From Dehalococcoidia bacterium (lineage in GTDB: Bacteria > Chloroflexota > Dehalococcoidia > Plut-88900), in contig OY764147.1 of assembly GCA_963668115.1 (NCBI GenBank), positions 2,010,061 through 2,074,060 of the forward strand: 64,000 nucleotides of DNA, read 5' to 3'. How positions within the stretch are numbered: the first letter of the stretch is position 1; each line of letters opens with the position of its first letter. The position numbers and the translations under genes are program-made. Below the pieces are notes generated by a model. The model was given only the letters and a program-made list of their open reading frames with translations. It did no database searches and was not told where the DNA came from. Shown one piece after another: positions 48,833 through 57,031 of the stretch.

Positions 48833-50362
48833 TCATTCCCCGGCCCTTCCTGAAAGAACGGAAAATTCCACCCCCGCACAGGGGTTTCCCCTCGCGGTTT
48901 CACCCTTTTCCCTGGAACGGGATCGCCCTCCCTTGGAGCGTGGTGTTCTCGGCGCTCCGGCCCTAACGGGCGCGGAAGTTTGTTTTGCGGCGCCAGCCGG
49001 CGTCGTTTCAGCCGGCCCGAGGGCCAGAAGCCCCCGGCGCAGTATGTTCCTGGCAGCGTTCACGTCCGCGTGGTCGCGGTGCCCGCACTCCACGCACCTG
49101 AACTCCGCTTGTTTCTTCCTGTTGTCCGGGCTGACCGATCCGCACCTGTTGCAGGCCTGGCTCGTGTGTCGGGGATCGACCCGCACAAACCGGATACCGG
49201 CCCTTTCAGCCTTGTACTCCAGCTGCGTCAGTGTCGCCCCCCAGCCCCGCTCCAGTATAGATCTGTTCAGCCTTCGCTTCGCCGAGACGTTCTTTCCGGG
49301 CGCCTCCTCCGTACCCCGCGCCGACCGTATCATGTTCGGTATATCCAGGTCCTCTACGGCTATGAAATCGTGACCGCTGTTGACAATCTCGTTGGTTATC
49401 CGGTGAATCCAGTTCCTCTGCGATAGCCGCTCCCTTTCGCAGACTCTCCCATATTCGGCGCGCGTCTTGGCGTAGTTGCGTCCCGCCCCCTCTGACCACA
49501 CCAGCTTCGCCTTCCCGCTGCCCGTCGGCCTGTAGTGCGCCCTCCCGTTACTGACCGCCGACTTCATTTGTCGGGCCATCCTCCGGCTCAACCGGCGTTT
49601 GCGCGCCTGAGTGCCGTCGTCCGTACGCGGGGGCGCGGGAATCTCCACTAGCCCGTCCGACGTTGCGATGGTGTTCGCCACCCCCACGTCAAGACCTACG
49701 GGCGATTTCGGCTCGCATGGCATCATCTCCAGTTGCCGGGGCTCCGCGGGTTGATGCTCGTATGCCATCGAAGCCATTACCCTTACCGGTGTCCGCGTTA
49801 TGCGGATGACCTTGGGCTGACCATCGGGGAGCGGGCGGCTCGGCGGTCGAAAGTGCAACGGCGGCAAACCCTTTATCTTGATTGCCCCGCCGCCCTTTTC
49901 ATTCAGCTTCAGATTGTTCCCATCCCCCGTGTATATGTCCAGCGTGCGGAACCGGTTGCGGGACTTGAATCGGGGCCGTCCGCCCCTCATTCCGTCCTGC
50001 TTCCGTTGCCGGAACCGCTTGTACGCTTCATTTGCCCTGTTCAGCGTGCCCGCGGACGTACCCGCATGCATCCGTCGGTCCTGGGCCTCATAGGCAGGGT
50101 CGTCCTCGCGGATGCCCGTCACCTCCCTCGCCTGCGAGGCCAAGGTCACCGCAGCTGGCACCGGAAACCGTCGCTCAACGAACTCCTCCGATGCGCCTCC
50201 GTTGATTGCCGCAAAGCGCAATGCCGCGTACTTCCCCGCCGCAAACCGCTCTTCCAGAGCCGCGTTGTACAGCCGCCTGTTTAGCTCCAACGCCTCGTCC
50301 AGCCGCCGGTGCCCCGCCCTGCTCAGCCGCAGCGTAACCTGCCTCGTGTCTCCCATGCCCAT
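48833..50362 (-). CDS. tnpB: TnpB (IS200/IS605-family OrfB, RuvC-like RNA-guided nuclease family)
   Basis: RPRFKS..., GLDVGV (RuvC-I Asp), FIAVEDLDI (RuvC-II Glu), HTSQACNRCG...FRCVECGHRDHADVNAARNI (zinc ribbon plus RuvC-III Asp). Start at ATG 50362 or 50356. The long basic C-terminal tail probably overlaps the omega-RNA region. Confidence 0.88.
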   Translation of the reverse strand: MGMGDTRQVTLRLSRAGHRRLDEALELNRRLYNAALEERFAAGKYAALRFAAINGGASEEFVERRFPVPAAVTLASQAREVTGIREDDPAYEAQDRRMHAGTSAGTLNRANEAYKRFRQRKQDGMRGGRPRFKSRNRFRTLDIYTGDGNNLKLNEKGGGAIKIKGLPPLHFRPPSRPLPDGQPKVIRITRTPVRVMASMAYEHQPAEPRQLEMMPCEPKSPVGLDVGVANTIATSDGLVEIPAPPRTDDGTQARKRRLSRRMARQMKSAVSNGRAHYRPTGSGKAKLVWSEGAGRNYAKTRAEYGRVCERERLSQRNWIHRITNEIVNSGHDFIAVEDLDIPNMIRSARGTEEAPGKNVSAKRRLNRSILERGWGATLTQLEYKAERAGIRFVRVDPRHTSQACNRCGSVSPDNRKKQAEFRCVECGHRDHADVNAARNILRRGLLALGPAETTPAGAAKQTSAPVRAGAPRTPRSKGGRSRSREKGETARGNPCAGVEFSVLSGRAGE

Positions 50363-50389
50363 GCAAAAATCATAGCACACCCCCAATCC

Positions 50390-50700
50390 TCTTCCCTCCT
50401 GTCATTCCGATGCCCCGCGAGGAATCTCAAGCGCAAGCCTACCGCCGCCCGTCCCTCCTGGCCACCCACTCTTTGCCGTCATTCCTGCGGAGGCAGGAAT
50501 CCATCCCTCCTGAACAACCACCTATATCCTAGCAATCCATCCCTTCCCCGGTGTGGGGATTCCGTTCGCCCTGAGTTTGTCGAAGGGTCGCTAGAACGGA
50601 ATGGGGGCGGCCCACGCCTCTCCAACCCCCCACCCCCCTAACCCGCCATTCCCGAGTAGTCGGGAATCCATCCCCGGCGGAGCAGGGTGGGGCGGCATCC
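50390..50700. repeat. Hairpin-repeat cluster
   Basis: GTCATTCCGATGCCCCGCGAGGAATC (about 50402-50428), the 50476-50545 element, ATTCCGTTC-N27-GAACGGAAT (50551-50610), CGCCATTCCCGAGTAGTCGGGAATCC (50644-50675). Confidence 0.85.
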
Positions 50701-50745
50701 CCCCACCCCCAAAAAATTCCCCCCCCAAACTGCGTCTTTTACCTA

Positions 50746-50773
50746 TTGACTTCTCTGATTTACATTCTACACT
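50746..50773 (+). promoter_or_regulatory. Canonical sigma70-type promoter in an AT-rich patch
   Basis: TTGACT (50746-50751), 16 nt, TACACT (50768-50773). Followed by the direct repeat TTTAGACCYGAT x2 (50778-50802) abutting the ATG at 50801. Confidence 0.5.
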
Positions 50774-50800
50774 AACGTTTAGACCTGATATTTAGACCCG

Positions 50801-51934
50801 ATGTATACACCCAAACATCACAACAATCCACTGTCAAAACACCGACGCCCCTCTCCCGGGGCGCCTGCTCAAGAGGCGGTTGGTCTCCCCATGCCCGACT
50901 CCCTCGCGGATGCCCGCGGTCGCAGACCGCGGAAGACTTCCCGTACCCAGGCTACCTACCAGGGTACGGATGCCTGCGGCACTGCGCCGCGGAAGAACCC
51001 CCGCTCCACCGTACCCGGTGTTGAAGCGGATGCCCGCGGCACTGCGCCGCGGATGACTTCCCGCTCCGCCTTACCGGGCGTTGTAGCGGATGCCCGCGGC
51101 ACTGCGCCGCGGAAGAATCCCCGCTCCACCGTACCCGGTGTTGCAGCGGATGCCTGCGGCATTGCGCCGCGGAAGACTCCCCGCCCCGTCGGGCGCGGTA
51201 GAAGGCCCAGGGGTCGCCGCCCCAACCGTCGCCGCTCCCTGTCCCACGTTCGCCCCTCCCTGCCCCGCCTGTCACCCGACAGTACCGGCATAGACGGCGA
51301 AATAGCCCTCCTCCGCTCCCTGACCAACCGCCTCTTGAGCACGCGCCCCCTCGACTACACCCAGGTAAACCGCTGCCTCCGACTCATCATCCGTGCCTTC
51401 TCCGCCCAGGCCAAGGCCCCCAAACAGCTCACCGACCAAGAACAGATCGACAACCTCATCAAAAAGGTCTTCCAGGACAACGTGAAGAATGGAGACTTGA
51501 ACTTCCGGGACCTCGTCCCCGTCCGCATGGCCCGGCCCGGCGACAAGTGGTGGCCATGGAGAATGCTCCTCCCCCTGAGGGACCGCTGGCGCTACGGCCT
51601 CATAGACCCCGACGAACCCTGGCCCCACGAAGAAAACGAAAAGCTCGCCGAGGCCCAGGAATTGGAAAGAATCGTCTCCGAAGCCTACCTCAAACTCGAC
51701 GAACTATTCCATGATGACGACCCCGATGACGAAGACGACGACTATGACCCAGACCCGGATGACGACGAGGACCCACCCCTATACGACCCGCCCTATGACG
51801 ATGACGACCCCTCCCCCGTAGGGGTGCCCCTCGTGGGTACCCTGACCGCCACCCGCGCCGATACCGGCCCGCCACCCGACTGGCCCGACCCCAACCCCCC
51901 GCCCCGCATCGCCCGAGGCCGCCCCCCTCCCTGA
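50801..51934 (+). CDS. Hypothetical protein: basic 20-aa tandem repeats, helical core, poly-acidic/Pro tail (N-terminal extent doubtful)
   Basis: The region 51290-51934 looks coding (…IALLRSLTNRLLSTRPLDYTQVNRCLRLIIRAF…DDDPDDEDDDYDPDPDDDEDPP…). The only canonical in-frame start is ATG 50801, which places the 5 x 60-nt repeat array inside the ORF. Confidence 0.4.
   Translation: MYTPKHHNNPLSKHRRPSPGAPAQEAVGLPMPDSLADARGRRPRKTSRTQATYQGTDACGTAPRKNPRSTVPGVEADARGTAPRMTSRSALPGVVADARGTAPRKNPRSTVPGVAADACGIAPRKTPRPVGRGRRPRGRRPNRRRSLSHVRPSLPRLSPDSTGIDGEIALLRSLTNRLLSTRPLDYTQVNRCLRLIIRAFSAQAKAPKQLTDQEQIDNLIKKVFQDNVKNGDLNFRDLVPVRMARPGDKWWPWRMLLPLRDRWRYGLIDPDEPWPHEENEKLAEAQELERIVSEAYLKLDELFHDDDPDDEDDDYDPDPDDDEDPPLYDPPYDDDDPSPVGVPLVGTLTATRADTGPPPDWPDPNPPPRIARGRPPP
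50906..51205 (+). repeat. Tandem array, 5 units of exactly 60 nt
   Basis: Units start at GCGGATGCC at 50906, 50966, 51026, 51086 and 51146. The first 35 nt or so are conserved (hairpin CCGCGGC-ACUGC-GCCGCGG). The last 25 nt or so vary but keep a hairpin. Confidence 0.9.
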
Positions 51935-51986
51935 CCCCAACAACCCGCACCCAAAAACCGAATAACCGGAATAACCCTCCCCGCCC

Positions 51987-53117
51987 CTACGCCCCGTTTA
52001 TCGGCGGCGTCCCGTTCCCCTCCCCTCCCGACACCTCGTGCGGGTACACCAGCTTCCTCACCGGGTAGTTGATCTCTATCCCTTCCTCCCCGAACCGCCT
52101 GTGAATCCCCCGGATTATCTGGTCCTTGATCGCATACTGGTCCACGAACCCCTTCACCTTGAATATCACCATGAAGTCTATGTTCGAATCCCCGAAGTTG
52201 CTGAACCGCACCGCCGGCGTATAGCTCATGTCCGCCCTGTCCGTCCGGCTCAGCACCTCGTTCGCCACCTCCAGCGCCACGTCGTTCACGTGCTGAAGGT
52301 CGCTCTCGTAGCTCACCCCGCCCGTCACCAGCGCAAACACCGATGGGTCCGGCCCCTGGTAGTTCGTCACCACCGACTCCGACAGCTTCCCGTTCGGGAT
52401 GATCATCAGGTTGTTCCAGAAGGTCCGTATCTTCGTCGTCCTCCACCCCACGTGCTCCACCCACCCCGACGCCCCGCTGTCCATCTCTATGTAGTCCCCC
52501 ACCCCTATGCCGCTCTCCGTTACCGTGTATGTCCCTGCTACGAAGTTCGAAAGGGTCGGCTGCACCGCCAGAGCCACCGCCAACCCACCGATGCCCAGCC
52601 CCGCAATCAGGGGGCTCACGTTCAGCCCCTGCGATTGCAGTACCAGCATCACCGTCAGGCCGTATATCAGCACGCCCGACACCCTCTGCACCAGGGGGAG
52701 CACCCTGTCGTCCCACGTCGTGGCCGTCCTTCCCGCAATCTCCTTCCCGTACCACCCGATCAGCGCATCCACCACGCGCTTGATCATGTACCCGACCGCC
52801 AGTATCAGCGCCGAAAGCAGGCCCCTGTCTATCGTCTCCTGGTGGACGTCCAGGTATGTGGTGGAGGTCAGCCCCGTATACGGCCCGAAGACCAGCATGA
52901 TCAGGAACACCGGCCGGCCCACCGCATCGACCAGCAGGTCGTCCAGGGACATGTGCGTCTTCCCCGTCAACCTCCTCACCACCTTGTTGACTATGAAATA
53001 CGCTATGAATGCCGCCACTATGAAGCCCGCCAGGTACGCTCCCCCGAACGCCGCCTCCCACCACGCCGACCCCACGGCGAAATCGGGCAGCAGGTGGGTC
53101 GTCTCATGTTCCGTCAT
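51987..53117 (-). CDS. MscS-family mechanosensitive channel
   Basis: 376 aa. TM helices followed by ...PLIAGLGIGGLAVALAVQPTLSNFVAG...GDYIEM..., the MscS signature. Confidence 0.9.
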   Translation of the reverse strand: MTEHETTHLLPDFAVGSAWWEAAFGGAYLAGFIVAAFIAYFIVNKVVRRLTGKTHMSLDDLLVDAVGRPVFLIMLVFGPYTGLTSTTYLDVHQETIDRGLLSALILAVGYMIKRVVDALIGWYGKEIAGRTATTWDDRVLPLVQRVSGVLIYGLTVMLVLQSQGLNVSPLIAGLGIGGLAVALAVQPTLSNFVAGTYTVTESGIGVGDYIEMDSGASGWVEHVGWRTTKIRTFWNNLMIIPNGKLSESVVTNYQGPDPSVFALVTGGVSYESDLQHVNDVALEVANEVLSRTDRADMSYTPAVRFSNFGDSNIDFMVIFKVKGFVDQYAIKDQIIRGIHRRFGEEGIEINYPVRKLVYPHEVSGGEGNGTPPINGA

Positions 53118-53276
53118 CTCTCTCCGCCTTGTGCCTTGAAAGTCCTTGGCCGTTGCAGGCCATTATACTTAGCCGCAGGCCGGGGACGCGGCCTTTGCCT
53201 GCCCCCGTTCCGTTCTCGATGCCGTAACGTTAGAATAGGGGTCGCATCGCACCAAAAGCGTCTTTCGGAGGACTTC

Positions 53277-53795
53277 ATGGCCGGACCCACCCAGGACATG
53301 GGACTCGTCAACACCTTCACACCCGAGGCCCTCGGCGAGCCCGGCAAGCGCACCTTCCGCCTCATGGTCGGTTCGGAGCTTGGAACGGCGGTCATCTGGC
53401 TCGAAAAGGAGCAGCTCCTCGAACTGGGCCTCCACCTGAAGAGGGCCGTCGGCGTGATGGAGGAGATCGAGGAGCCCGAGCTTCCCACTCCCTCGTACCC
53501 GGCGGTCGAAGACCCGGACTTTCAGTTCAAGCTCGGAAAGCAGGCCGTCGAGTTCGACGAGCAGGACGGCCTGTTCCGCTTCTGGAACTACGACGTTGAG
53601 GTCGAGGAGGATGTCGCCTCCCTCGTTTTCGAGGCCACCATACCCCAGGTAGTGGACTTCGCCGAGGAAAGCCTCAGGGTTTGCTCCTCCGGCAGGCCCA
53701 TCTGCCCCCTCTGCCACGAGCCCATCAACCCCGACGGCCATTTCTGCTCCCGCTCCAACGGCCACCCCGTCAACGCTGCCGAAAGGCTCCAGTAG
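53277..53795 (+). CDS. DUF3090-family protein
   Basis: Real start at ATG 53277 (MAGPTQDMGLVNTFTPEALGEPGKRTFRL...). C-terminal ...GRPICPLCHEPINPDGHFCSRSNGH is the hallmark of DUF3090/TIGR03847 as I recall it. The rest of track ORF 52038..53795 is antisense shadow of MscS. Confidence 0.8.
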   Translation: MAGPTQDMGLVNTFTPEALGEPGKRTFRLMVGSELGTAVIWLEKEQLLELGLHLKRAVGVMEEIEEPELPTPSYPAVEDPDFQFKLGKQAVEFDEQDGLFRFWNYDVEVEEDVASLVFEATIPQVVDFAEESLRVCSSGRPICPLCHEPINPDGHFCSRSNGHPVNAAERLQ

Positions 53796-53796
53796 C

Positions 53797-54567
53797 ATGG
53801 CGCCGGAGGACGAGGGGACGAATCACCCCGTTCAGCCGAGCATCGACCCCTCCCGCCACCCCCACATCTGCCGCGACCTCTCCCGGGCCGCGGCGGACAG
53901 GTGCGACCAGGTCCTGAGAGGCTCCAACTATACCTTCCTCGTCGCCCTCTCCCTCGACGGCAAGCCCTTCGACTACGGCATCTACAAGCCCCGCCGCGGC
54001 GAGAACCCCCTCTGGGACTTCCCCATCGGCACCCTCTACAAGAGGGAGGTCGCCGCCTACCTCCTCAGCGAGGCCCTCGGCTGGCACTTCATCCCCCCAA
54101 CCGTCGTCTGGGACGGCCCCTACGGCGAAGGCTCCCTCCAGCTCTTCATCCGCGACGCCCACAAGACCCACTACTTCGACCTCCGGGACACCCACCCCGA
54201 GGAGGTCAAGCGCATCGCCGTCTTCGACCTCCTCGTCAACAACACCGACAGGAAGGGCGGCCACTGCATCAAGGACCCCGGCGGCAAGGTCTGGGGTATC
54301 GACCACGGCCTCACCTTCAGCATCGACCCCAAGCTCCGCACCGTCATCTGGGACTTCGGCGGCGAGAAGATAGACCGGGATTGCCTCGACTCCGTGGCCC
54401 GTGAACTCGCCCGCTTCCACACCCCCAAGGGTCTCGCCCGCCGCCTGACCGGCCTCCTGGACGAAGAAGAGATAGACTGGCTGGCTATGAGGATGCAGGA
54501 CGTACTCCGAGAGCCCGTATTGCCCGTGCTGAGGAGCCGGTGGGAGGTCCCGTGGCCCCTGGTCTGA
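53797..54567 (+). CDS. SCO1664-family protein (PI3/PI4-kinase-like fold)
   Basis: ...YKPRRGENPLWDFP...NNTDRKGGHCI...GIDHGLTF... are kinase-like catalytic and DxG-like motifs. Begins 2 nt after the DUF3090 stop. Confidence 0.75.
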   Translation: MAPEDEGTNHPVQPSIDPSRHPHICRDLSRAAADRCDQVLRGSNYTFLVALSLDGKPFDYGIYKPRRGENPLWDFPIGTLYKREVAAYLLSEALGWHFIPPTVVWDGPYGEGSLQLFIRDAHKTHYFDLRDTHPEEVKRIAVFDLLVNNTDRKGGHCIKDPGGKVWGIDHGLTFSIDPKLRTVIWDFGGEKIDRDCLDSVARELARFHTPKGLARRLTGLLDEEEIDWLAMRMQDVLREPVLPVLRSRWEVPWPLV

Positions 54568-54580
54568 GCGCTTCCCCGGC

Positions 54581-55489
54581 CTAGTCGTTCCCCCCGAACA
54601 CGCCCTTCACCTTCTCGATGAAAGTCTCATGCCGTGCGAACTTCGCCAGGTACTGCACCAGCTCTTCGTTGCCCGCCATTATGGGGGAGTGCCAGTTTCT
54701 CAGTCGTGGCCCACTCCCTTTACCGTCAACCGAGGACGTCCGAAAGGTGGAAAACTCCTTCCACTGTTTCCGCTCCCTTTCGTACGTCAGCACCGAGCCT
54801 CCGGCCTCCTTCACCAGCACGATCCCGGCCGCCACGTCCCATATCCGCGGCGCCGTAAACACCGAGTACTGGAACACGCCGCTGGAAGTCAGGGCCATCT
54901 CGTACGCCAGGCTCCCCGGCCCCCGCCCCTCCCCGACCGGCGCGCTCGGGCCGGCGTTCTTCGTGTACATCAACCTGAAGTCCCGGTGGAATATGGCCAG
55001 TTGGCCGGGCTGGGGCGCAGGGTTCTGCTTCACCGCCATCGGTACGTCGTCCTTGAATGCCCCTTGCCCCTTGCAGGCGTGAAACAGCGCCCCATCGGGC
55101 TTTGCCGGCCAGGGCGTCCATATGCACCCGACCTCCGGGACTCCGTTGTGAAGCACCCCTATGGAGACCGCGTAGATCGGCAGGCCGTTGATGTAGTTGA
55201 GCGTGCCGTCCAGGGGGTCCAGCACCCAGATGAACTCCGACTCCTCGGTCTGCTCGTCCGTGCCCTCTTCACCCAGAATCCCGTGTCCCGGGAACCGTCG
55301 ACCGATCTCCGCCTTCAGGTAGGCCTCGCTCTCCTTGTCCGCCTCGGATACCAGGTCGGACTTGCTGCCCGCCTTCCCCTCCACCCCTCCCACGTTTCCG
55401 AAGTGACTCTCCAGTATCCGTGAGGCGCCTCGGGCCATCTCTATGGCCCCGGCCAGCACGTCCGACAGCGAAACGTCTTCCCGTTCCAT
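54581..55489 (-). CDS. Inositol monophosphatase/CysQ-family phosphatase
   Basis: ...WVLDPLDGTLNYINGLP... (DPxDGT metal motif), ...WDVAAG... 302 aa. Confidence 0.9.
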   Translation of the reverse strand: MEREDVSLSDVLAGAIEMARGASRILESHFGNVGGVEGKAGSKSDLVSEADKESEAYLKAEIGRRFPGHGILGEEGTDEQTEESEFIWVLDPLDGTLNYINGLPIYAVSIGVLHNGVPEVGCIWTPWPAKPDGALFHACKGQGAFKDDVPMAVKQNPAPQPGQLAIFHRDFRLMYTKNAGPSAPVGEGRGPGSLAYEMALTSSGVFQYSVFTAPRIWDVAAGIVLVKEAGGSVLTYERERKQWKEFSTFRTSSVDGKGSGPRLRNWHSPIMAGNEELVQYLAKFARHETFIEKVKGVFGGND

Positions 55490-56001
55490 CAGTCCCTGGC
55501 GGGAACCTCCGACTCGATGCTGTTGCCCAGCAGGATGTCTCTCAGCAGTTCTATGGCGGCATTGGACGCCGACTCACGGTTCTCCACCCTGCCCCCCGAG
55601 AAGTGCCTCTCCACGCACACGTCGATTTCATCACCCGCTACCGCCACGAAGAACAGGCCCACCGGTTTAGTCCTCGTGCCGCCCGTCGGGCCCATGACCC
55701 CCGTGGCCGCAACGGCGAGGTCCGTCCCTATCAGGCGTCGTGCGCCCTTGGCCATCTCCCGCGCCGTCACGGGAGACACCGACCCCTCCATTACCATCAC
55801 GCCCTTCGGCACGCCGAGTACCCCTTCCTTGACCTGGTTGGCATAGGCCAGCACGCCTCCCAGGAAGTACCTGGAGCTCCCCGACACACTGGTCAGCTTC
55901 GATGCTATCAGCCCCGAGGTGCAAGCCTCCGCCACCGAGACCGTCAACCTCCGCTCCTTCAGCGCCTCCGCAACCTGCTCAACTACCGAATGTTCTTCCA
56001 T
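55489..56001 (-). CDS. CinA C-terminal-domain / nicotinamide-nucleotide amidohydrolase (PncC-like)
   Basis: ...LTVSVAEACTSGLIASKLTSVSGSSRYFLGGVLAYANQVK... 170 aa. Stop overlaps the next start. Confidence 0.9.
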   Translation of the reverse strand: MEEHSVVEQVAEALKERRLTVSVAEACTSGLIASKLTSVSGSSRYFLGGVLAYANQVKEGVLGVPKGVMVMEGSVSPVTAREMAKGARRLIGTDLAVAATGVMGPTGGTRTKPVGLFFVAVAGDEIDVCVERHFSGGRVENRESASNAAIELLRDILLGNSIESEVPARD

Positions 56002-56010
56002 GCTATCGCC

Positions 56011-56622
56011 CTACGAACCCACTTCCACGCTGACATCCGTCGGGTTGCCGCTATTTGTAGCGTTCTGGTCCTGCGGGCACGCCGACACGCACACCCAGCA
56101 GTCCATCTCCGCCCTGAGCAGCACATAGTCGCCGGGCTTGGTCTGCGGCGCGGCCACGCCCATCCGACCGTCGGGAAACACCGGGAAATTCGTGAACAGG
56201 TTGACCGGCTGCGGAATCTCCACACCCGGCGCCCCTATCGCCTCCATCTCCTTCTGCAGGTTCTCCTCGCAGCTTGCGTGCCACCCCTCCACCCCCAGCT
56301 CCCGGTAGCGGCTCGGGTTGCAGGCGGCAAACAGCAGGTCGTGGATGCCGGGACTGTGGTCTTCCACGAGGGTAATGATGGGCCTGCGCTCCTGCGTGTA
56401 GAACGCCTCCCCCTCTATCGGGAACAGCCTCTCGATGGAGGGTCGGGTGTGGTGCGCGCTCAGGTACTCCTTGACGTTATCGACGTTGAACGCAAACAGG
56501 TCGACCGCCTGGCCGCCCCGCAGGTCGATCACCTTGATCATCTCCCCCCGGGACACCCTGAACGCCTTCCCTTCACGAGCAGGTACGTGATAGTCCAACC
56601 GCTTATTCGCCAGTTCCGTCAT
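56011..56622 (-). CDS. DUF1989 (urea-carboxylase-associated) family protein
   Basis: ...VPAREGKAFRVSRGEMIKVIDLRGGQAVDLFAFN...DLLFAACN...YVLLRAEMD... 203 aa. Confidence 0.8.
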   Translation of the reverse strand: MTELANKRLDYHVPAREGKAFRVSRGEMIKVIDLRGGQAVDLFAFNVDNVKEYLSAHHTRPSIERLFPIEGEAFYTQERRPIITLVEDHSPGIHDLLFAACNPSRYRELGVEGWHASCEENLQKEMEAIGAPGVEIPQPVNLFTNFPVFPDGRMGVAAPQTKPGDYVLLRAEMDCWVCVSACPQDQNATNSGNPTDVSVEVGS

Positions 56623-56780
56623 CCCTATTCCTCCACTGGAAGCATGTGCATCTCACCGGACAGTTTAAGGGTAGCAGACTCCGCATGCACCCCCTTGTGA
56701 GTGATGCGCGCCTTGGGTACACTCATATTGTGCCGTTTCACATCCGTGACCAACATTCAGTACGGCGGACACCCACCAGA

Positions 56781-57014
56781 ATGGACACCCTTGAGAAATT
56801 CGCTGTAGCTGACAATTGGGACGCCGGTCACATGGGCTGCGGCGAAGTCATCATCCTGCTCAGGCAGCGCATGCAGCCCCTCGCACCGGGCCAGGTTTTC
56901 AAGCTCACCACCTATGACTTGGGCGCCCATGAAGACATCCCCGCCTGGTGCCGGCTCACCGAACGCCGCCTCCTGAAATCCGACCACCCCCACTACTGGA
57001 TCGAACAGAAATAG
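56781..57014 (+). CDS. TusA-like small sulfur-carrier-fold protein with variant C-G-x-V motif
   Basis: Start at ATG 56781. DAGHMGCGEVIILLRQRM aligns with TusA LDxxGLxCPxP (Cys kept, prolines lost). ...YDLGAHEDIPAWCRLT... is like the TusA C-terminal region. Confidence 0.55.
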   Translation: MDTLEKFAVADNWDAGHMGCGEVIILLRQRMQPLAPGQVFKLTTYDLGAHEDIPAWCRLTERRLLKSDHPHYWIEQK

Positions 57015-57031
57015 TTTCCTAAGGAGCCGAT

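Larger units (their letters stand above)
48737..50390 (-). mobile_element. tnpB-only IS (IS1341-like) element, boundaries approximate
   Basis: No tnpA nearby. ATTGGGGGTG occurs just 5' of tnpB (50387-50378) and twice 3' of it (48811-48802, 48746-48737). TGcTATGAT extended -10 box lies directly upstream of the ATG. Confidence 0.45.

Noticed and set aside
50906-51205. Possible CRISPR array (regular 60-nt periodicity, GC-rich palindromic repeat core)
   Set aside because: The variable part between conserved cores is only about 25 nt and is itself related between units; the units starting at 50966 and 51086 are nearly identical throughout. There are therefore no unique spacers. No cas genes are adjacent. 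I treat it as a tandem structured repeat.
52038-53276. First 413 codons of the 585-aa ORF 52038..53795
   Set aside because: Antisense to the MscS gene. The recognisable DUF3090 protein begins at ATG 53277.
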